Below are positions 49,801 to 54,067 of a stretch of DNA of 54,067 nucleotides, piece after piece. The position numbers and the translations under genes are program-made. The number at the start of each line of letters is the position of its first letter. The stretch's first letter is position 1. This stretch comes from Girardia tigrina (Eukaryota), in assembly GCA_001938485.1 (NCBI GenBank), contig MQRK01219438.1:1-54067 (forward strand), written 5' to 3'. Below the pieces are notes generated by a model. It was not told the DNA's origin. It did not search any database and worked only from the letters and a program-made list of their open reading frames with translations.

Positions 49801-51309
49801 AATCATACTCTTTTCATTGGCTTCCATTACCTTTGGGACAGGTTTCTTTATCAACCCAGATACGTTTTTACCTTGCTCTTTGCATAAATAAATTTTTTCT
49901 AACTTTTTATATACAGTTGATTTAGATAAGTTTAATCGCTTAGATATGATTAATACCGAGTCGCCCTTTTCATCCATGGTTTCAATTAGTTTTAGCTTTT
50001 CTAAAGTTAAAATGGATATAATTTTTAATAAAGTGGATATAATTATTAATAAAGTGGATATAATTATTAATAAAGTGGATATAATTATTAATAACCCTGT
50101 AATAAATTAATTACTTTTATGAAAAGTTAGTTTAAGTAAATTTTTCAAGCAAGGAAAAATTATTGGATAAAATAAAATCACAGAATCATTGGATACATAA
50201 CTCGTTGGGGCAATATAAAAGTCATACCAATTAAAATTATAAAACATACGAAAAAGTTTAAAATTTATAAATATTATTTATATTTAATTTTTAAAAAAAA
50301 ATTTAAATTATGTTTATTTTTTAATATTAAATCTTAATATTAATTTCAAAAATTTTTAAATCTGTTTATATTAAAGACTAAATTGATTAAAAGTATATTT
50401 TTTGAGAAATATATTATAAAAATTTGGAAAAATATTTTCAGTGTTTTAAATTATTTATATCTAATTAGAATTTTGCAAAATATTCTGTGTTTGATACAGA
50501 CTCCTTTCTGTATTTATTTCGTAATTTTTTTGTTCTCTGAAGGGTTGGTCCACCTGATGATGTTCTGATTAGAAAGTAACATATAGTAAATTGTGAAATA
50601 ATAAATGATTATTTAAAAGATACATATATAATAAATAACCATTACAATAAATAATTAAATAAAAAAATAATAATTAAACAATTAATAATTTTCAATCGTC
50701 ATTATTTATCAAATTCTCTCATTTTCAATCAAACAAACGACATAAAATATCGAATAATAACACAATCAGCAATGACAGGTCTCACTTGTCTTCCTTGCTC
50801 AACAGCGACACATTCACGTGCCCAATGACGACATTCAAATAGATCCTGAACGGAGAATAATCGCAAACTCATCGAATGTCAATCATTCCCACCCATTCCT
50901 GCGAGGAAGTGTCTCCTCGATCTCCTGCAAACAGATCTTCCGCTTCCTGAAATCGTCCTGCAATTTGCTCACCCTATCTCCACTCTCACTCGATTTCCAC
51001 CTGCGTATTACATGCACGATTGCTCAGATTACACCAAACACTCTCACTACTCCTACTTGGCCAGTTCTCCCGACAATTGTCTCATTCGATAGACCTGATG
51101 TCGCAATCCATCCGCACATTTCTTTTGTTTACTCTTGACGACCTCGACATTGTTCATGTAATCATTGTGGAAGTCCTGTTATTGAATCAAAACACGAATG
51201 TTTAATCCCGTCATAAATATTGTTCAATATCATTAACTTTTAGTTTTTGCAATTCGTTATCCAATTCTTCGATTTCCTTTTCGATTTCATCGATTTTGCG
51301 ATGTGACAT
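19698..51309 (-). CDS. TMEM120: TMEM120 (TACAN/TMPIT family) membrane protein; complete 10-exon gene, 1053 nt CDS, 350 aa
   Basis: Manual splicing of exons 51238-51309, 51057-51175, 50893-51000, 50786-50845, 38645-38740, 38360-38515, 31058-31119, 20123-20215, 19944-20077 and 19698-19850. All nine introns are GT-AG with consistent phases. The product has TMEM120 hallmarks: [70 protein letters not shown]...[25 protein letters not shown]. Confidence 0.95.
19944..20077 (-). CDS. TMEM120: TMEM120 exon 9 ([45 protein letters not shown])
   Basis: Acceptor cacag, donor gtttga. Confidence 0.95.
20123..20215 (-). CDS. TMEM120: TMEM120 exon 8 ([30 protein letters not shown])
   Basis: Acceptor tgcag, donor gtaaga. 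Confidence 0.95.
20890..21066 (+). pseudogene. Decayed tandem C2H2 zinc-finger fragment
   Basis: [24 protein letters not shown]...[20 protein letters not shown]; lost Cys/His residues are single-base changes. Confidence 0.6.
21180..22590 (-). mobile_element. Mutator (MULE) transposase pseudogene
   Basis: N-terminal YKC...C...HNTH zinc region; [18 protein letters not shown]; FHPFGISIC; LIADAEGA; [10 protein letters not shown] (CxxH-like). Confidence 0.8.
22953..23095. repeat. 143-bp dispersed duplicate of 22137-22279 (MULE 5' coding piece)
   Basis: Only two mismatches between the copies. Confidence 0.92.
23622..25640 (-). mobile_element. hAT (ZMYM1-like) transposase pseudogene
   Basis: N-terminal SGAQKKK; [17 protein letters not shown]; ETHWSAR (RW motif); C-terminal dimerisation motif [15 protein letters not shown]...RLRNLAFLS; terminus-like CAGAGGCAAAGCCAGG at 23622. 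Confidence 0.85.
26508..29720 (+). mobile_element. Ty3/gypsy element lacking RT, with short (~105 bp) LTR-like direct repeats
   Basis: Repeats at about 26508-26611 and 29619-29720; PBS-like TGGCAACCA at 26612; PPT AAAAAAGGGG; gag with knuckles; decayed PR (LVDGGA); RH ([20 protein letters not shown]); IN ([12 protein letters not shown]). Only about 150 nt between PR and RH. Confidence 0.88.
31058..31119 (-). CDS. TMEM120: TMEM120 exon 7 ([21 protein letters not shown])
   Basis: Acceptor attag, donor gtaaga; 62-nt exon restores the frame between exons 6 and 8; FRxQF motif. Confidence 0.93.
32450..32870 (-). mobile_element. Heavily decayed gag-like remnant
   Basis: [16 protein letters not shown] resembles [16 protein letters not shown] in the gag at 42400-43017. 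Confidence 0.4.
33450..33770 (-). mobile_element. Gypsy-like integrase C-terminal remnant
   Basis: [38 protein letters not shown]; same subfamily as 52030-53200. Confidence 0.7.
34100..37210 (-). mobile_element. GC-rich Ty3/gypsy pol (PR-RT-RH-IN), frameshifted, gag and 5' LTR missing
   Basis: [68 protein letters not shown]; PPT GGGGGG at 34141-34146 followed by TGTAGTG. Confidence 0.95.
38360..38515 (-). CDS. TMEM120: TMEM120 exon 6 ([52 protein letters not shown])
   Basis: Acceptor tgtag, donor gttagt; most conserved block of the family. Confidence 0.97.
38645..38740 (-). CDS. TMEM120: TMEM120 exon 5 ([32 protein letters not shown])
   Basis: Acceptor ttcag, donor gtaaat; conserved FAYKxxYEKFK followed by the first TM helix. 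Confidence 0.95.
40200..40480 (-). mobile_element. IS630/Tc1-type transposase C-terminal remnant
   Basis: VACDNSP...[20 protein letters not shown] (decayed LPPYSPxLNPIE). Confidence 0.65.
41272..43633 (-). mobile_element. Internally deleted Ty3/gypsy element (gag + PR start fused to IN end) with paired ~208-bp LTRs
   Basis: LTRs 43425-43633 and 41272-41479; near-TSD TTAAT/ATAAT; gag with four knuckle-like motifs; CLFDTGA protease runs directly into integrase ([18 protein letters not shown]). Confidence 0.92.
45190..47060 (+). mobile_element. Highly decayed gypsy remnant (gag, RH, IN) of the 4221-9465 family
   Basis: [53 protein letters not shown] recognisable across frames. Confidence 0.85.
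47685..47917 (-). repeat. Shortened solo LTR related to 52618-53123
   Basis: TATTAAGAAC end, shared GGACAACTCTC...CTTTCGTAATT motif, ATAAT on both flanks. Confidence 0.55.
48730..50099 (-). mobile_element. IS630/Tc1-type DD34E DNA transposon with TIRs and TA TSD
   Basis: TA-CAG(A/G)GTTATTAATAATTATATC TIRs built from 21-bp tandem units; internal transposase. Confidence 0.95.
49018..49977 (-). pseudogene. DD34E transposase with one in-frame TAA (49630-49632)
   Basis: The two ORFs are in the same frame; HTH N-terminus, FFLDQTG, IMDN[14 protein letters not shown] with 34 residues between D and E. Confidence 0.92.
50786..50845 (-). CDS. TMEM120: TMEM120 exon 4 ([20 protein letters not shown])
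   Basis: Acceptor ttcag, donor gtgaga; equivalent to LYLSLVLGNVNVTLLSK of vertebrate TMEM120A. Confidence 0.93.
50893..51000 (-). CDS. TMEM120: TMEM120 exon 3 ([36 protein letters not shown])
   Basis: Acceptor cgcag, donor gtggga; ends in the conserved LPxxNG motif. Confidence 0.9.
51057..51175 (-). CDS. TMEM120: TMEM120 exon 2 ([40 protein letters not shown])
   Basis: Acceptor aacag, donor gtagga; matches the N-terminal coiled-coil region of the family. Confidence 0.88.
51238..51309 (-). CDS. TMEM120: TMEM120 exon 1 ([24 protein letters not shown])
   Basis: ATG at 51309, coiled-coil-like peptide, donor gttaat at 51237, phase 0. Confidence 0.85.
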
Positions 51310-52029
51310 TTTTAGTGAGTGGGTGATTGTCGAAAGAAAGCTCTTTATACAACCCGGGAATTTTAAATTATTGACTAAATAAAACAAAATCGGTTATTAA
51401 TCGAATTATTGATTATCGAATGGAAATATTGTTTTCAGTATTTATCATTTTATTAACATTTTAGTAATGTTTGATTTGTTAATTTTCTTTTTATAAAAAA
51501 AACTTAATCATTTATTTTAAAAAACCGAAAAATAATTTATGAAGTAATTTGTGATTAATTTTATAAAGGAAAATAGTTTTTTTCTGAAATGTTTGAATCA
51601 AATTAATTTTGTTTCATTAATTTGAAATTTTTTATCGAAATTTATTTCGTTGATATATCATAATATAATTAGTCACAGAATTTCTAACATAAAAGTAGAA
51701 CTGAATATTTTAAGGTAAAAAAATAAATGGCTTAAAAAATTTAAATTAGGTAAGACTTTAACTATTATACGAGTAGGTTTTAAAGTATTTTAACGAAAAT
51801 CGGCTTTCTTCCACATGTTGTTACATACTTTTATACTTATTTTTCAAAATTAAGATCAAGTTAAATGTAAAATAGCGAAACGGTTGAAAATATATTTTTA
51901 CTACAATAAGCCACACTTCGAATTTCCGCGAATTCTCCTGAATATTAAAACAACATTTTTTATTCACTGTTAAATATCGTATTTTCGTCCTTTCCAACAT
52001 CCCTACCAGATTCATCATCACTCGAATCT

Positions 52030-53200
52030 ACATTGACAATAAAATCGTCAAGATAAGCCGGTTCGCATATTTCCTACCTAGGTCGTTCTTTTTCCGACTG
52101 TCCCGGTTGAGTTCGATTCTCGACACTGGCTCGTTCTCGTCACCATCCCCATACCTCAGGTTCGATATTTCGACTGGATCTGGTTGTCGTGGTCTAATGT
52201 CCGCAACATGTCTGGGGCTACTGAAACCATTACAACTAATTAAATACTTTACCAAGTTCACACGTTTCATGACGACTCCCTTCATTAACTGTCGCGTTCC
52301 GGTTTGACCTATACTAGTTGATTCTCTACAAAATATGAGAAGTCAAGATCCCAACCGACTTACTAAGCAATTCTAAAATGGTTGGCACGTAATTATACAG
52401 CTCCAAACTTGGCAGTTGCTTGTTTTCGGATTTTGTTATTATAACAAAATTATAAGCTTGTTTTGTTATTATAACATCATACCGCTTCCATAATGTCAAT
52501 GTTCGAGCGACACACTAATCTCTTTACAGTCCTATGATTTCGTTCAACTATTCCTTTACAGTTTGGTCTGTTTACGGCCCGAAAAATAACTTCAACGTTC
52601 CACTTATCCATTAACCTTATTAAGAACACAAAAATAGGTTTTCGAACTTTTATTTTCAATACAATTAGAATTGTCTTTTGGACAACTCTCAGCAAAGCTT
52701 TCGTAATTCGATATCGTTCTTAATAGATAAATCTTAGTAAATGTTTTTAATAAACAATTATTCGTTCAAATTATCAGTTCAAATTTTGTAATTTTAGTAA
52801 TAATTTTATCTACATATTAATTTTATTTAAAAATGATTTTATGTAAAGAAAGAACATTTATTTAATTAAAAACTTAGTTAAAAGTTATTTACTGTATTTA
52901 AATCTTTATATGAAAATTTGAAACGATTTAATATTTTTAAAGTTTTTTAAATATCTTATGCTGTACTTTAAAATGCAAATTTTACTCGAATAATTATTTA
53001 TCGTGAACATCCAAAATATCCATTTTCCATCTGGGTGGGAGAAACCCATTTCCAAATACTAAACTTAACATACAAAATTCAACAAACCAATTTAAACATA
53101 CCAAATTTAAAATATTCCTCACAAGCCTATTAAATTCATCTGAGTGAAACGTGGTATAGTTATTCACTATTAATTCCTGGGGCGCGCCACATTCACAGTG
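52030..53200 (-). mobile_element. Gypsy-like integrase remnant interrupted by a solo LTR
   Basis: GAPQELIVNN..FHSDEFNR (53124-53200) joins LMDKWNVEVIFRAVNRPNCKGIVERNHRT (52617 downward) once the LTR is removed. Confidence 0.8.
52618..53123 (-). repeat. Solo LTR (506 bp, TGTGAGG...TTAATA) related to the 4221-9465 LTRs
   Basis: Same termini as that family; near-TSD AACCT/AGCCT; splits an integrase frame. Confidence 0.8.
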
Positions 53201-53404
53201 TAAGAATTATTCATTAAAAATCGAAACTAGAAGAAATATTTATTTCTAATCAAAATTAAATTATGCGCGTAATTTATAATTACGTTGATTGATTCAAACA
53301 ATTTCAGGAGTCTATATAATCATATAATGGATCCNNNNNNNNNNNNNNNNNNNNNNNNNNNNNNNNNTTAAATATAAATATGTATTGATATTAATTTAAT
53401 TATC

Positions 53405-53945
53405 CTAACACCCCCCTTCTTTAAAAGGTTTCAGCCATTCTATATTTCTAGCTATAACTCTTCCGGTTTTATTTTTCATTTCAACAGATCGATCATGGAG
53501 TTTCTGTATTATTTCATAAGGGCCTTCATAACGGTCTGTTCCTTTCGGTCTATTCTCTATCTTTACTAGAACTAAATCACCTTCCTTATATTCTCGTCTT
53601 GGTGTATTTGATTTGTCTGATTTACTTGCCTCACTTTGTTTAATTTTTTCAATAATCTTTTTATTGTCTAATTCATAGNNNNNNNNNNNNNNNNNNNNNN
53701 NNNNNNNNNNNNNNNNNNNNNNNNNNNNNNNNNNNNNNNNNNNNNNNNNNNNNNNNNNNNNNNNNNNNNNNNNNNNNNNNNNNNNNNNNNNNNNNNNNNN
53801 NNNNNNNNNNNNNNNNNNNNNTGTTGCATTCAGTGCATCTCGAATAGTTCGAAATTGACGTTCTATTATGCCGTTTGAACTGTGATGATATGGACTGGAA
53901 AAGTGAATTGTAATTAACATAGATTTAGCATATTCTTTAAAACTT
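53405..53945 (-). mobile_element. Gypsy integrase C-terminus, PPT and start of 3' LTR
   Basis: SSPYHHSSNGIIERQFRTIRD, RYEGPY, RNIEWLKPFKEGGC*; GAAGGGGGG then TGTTAG at 53410. Confidence 0.9.
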
Positions 53946-54067
53946 AGTATACTAAGTCAAGAGATACTTCCTTCGTTTTTCCCGTGTATGTTTTAGATAA
54001 CTGACAGGTAGGACAACTACGAACCACTGATTCTATTTCTTTAGTAAAACTATCCATATCATATTCG

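Noticed and set aside
50818-51205. Plus-strand ORFs of 106 and 61 aa
   Set aside because: Antisense shadows of TMEM120 exons 2-4.

Overview
AT-rich eukaryotic draft-assembly DNA with several N gaps. The 45-62 nt introns and the transposon complement suggest an invertebrate, possibly a freshwater planarian (inference only). The one host gene I can reconstruct is a complete 10-exon TMEM120 (TACAN-family) gene on the minus strand (51309 to 19698, 350 aa). Its three giant introns (7-12 kb) and the left 14 kb of the window are packed with transposable elements. These include a full-length Ty3/gypsy element (4221-9465, TSD CCAAT) nested in another gag, two RT-less gypsy derivatives with paired LTRs, a GC-rich gypsy pol, solo LTRs, and IS630/Tc1, mariner, hAT and Mutator remnants. 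Decayed RING and C2H2 fragments are also present. The most notable signals are in the local gypsy group: TG...TA LTR termini, almost no UTRs, -1 frameshift signals with a covarying hairpin, and extra Cys-rich motifs. No prokaryotic-type system (CRISPR etc.) is present, and I cannot establish novelty without database searches.
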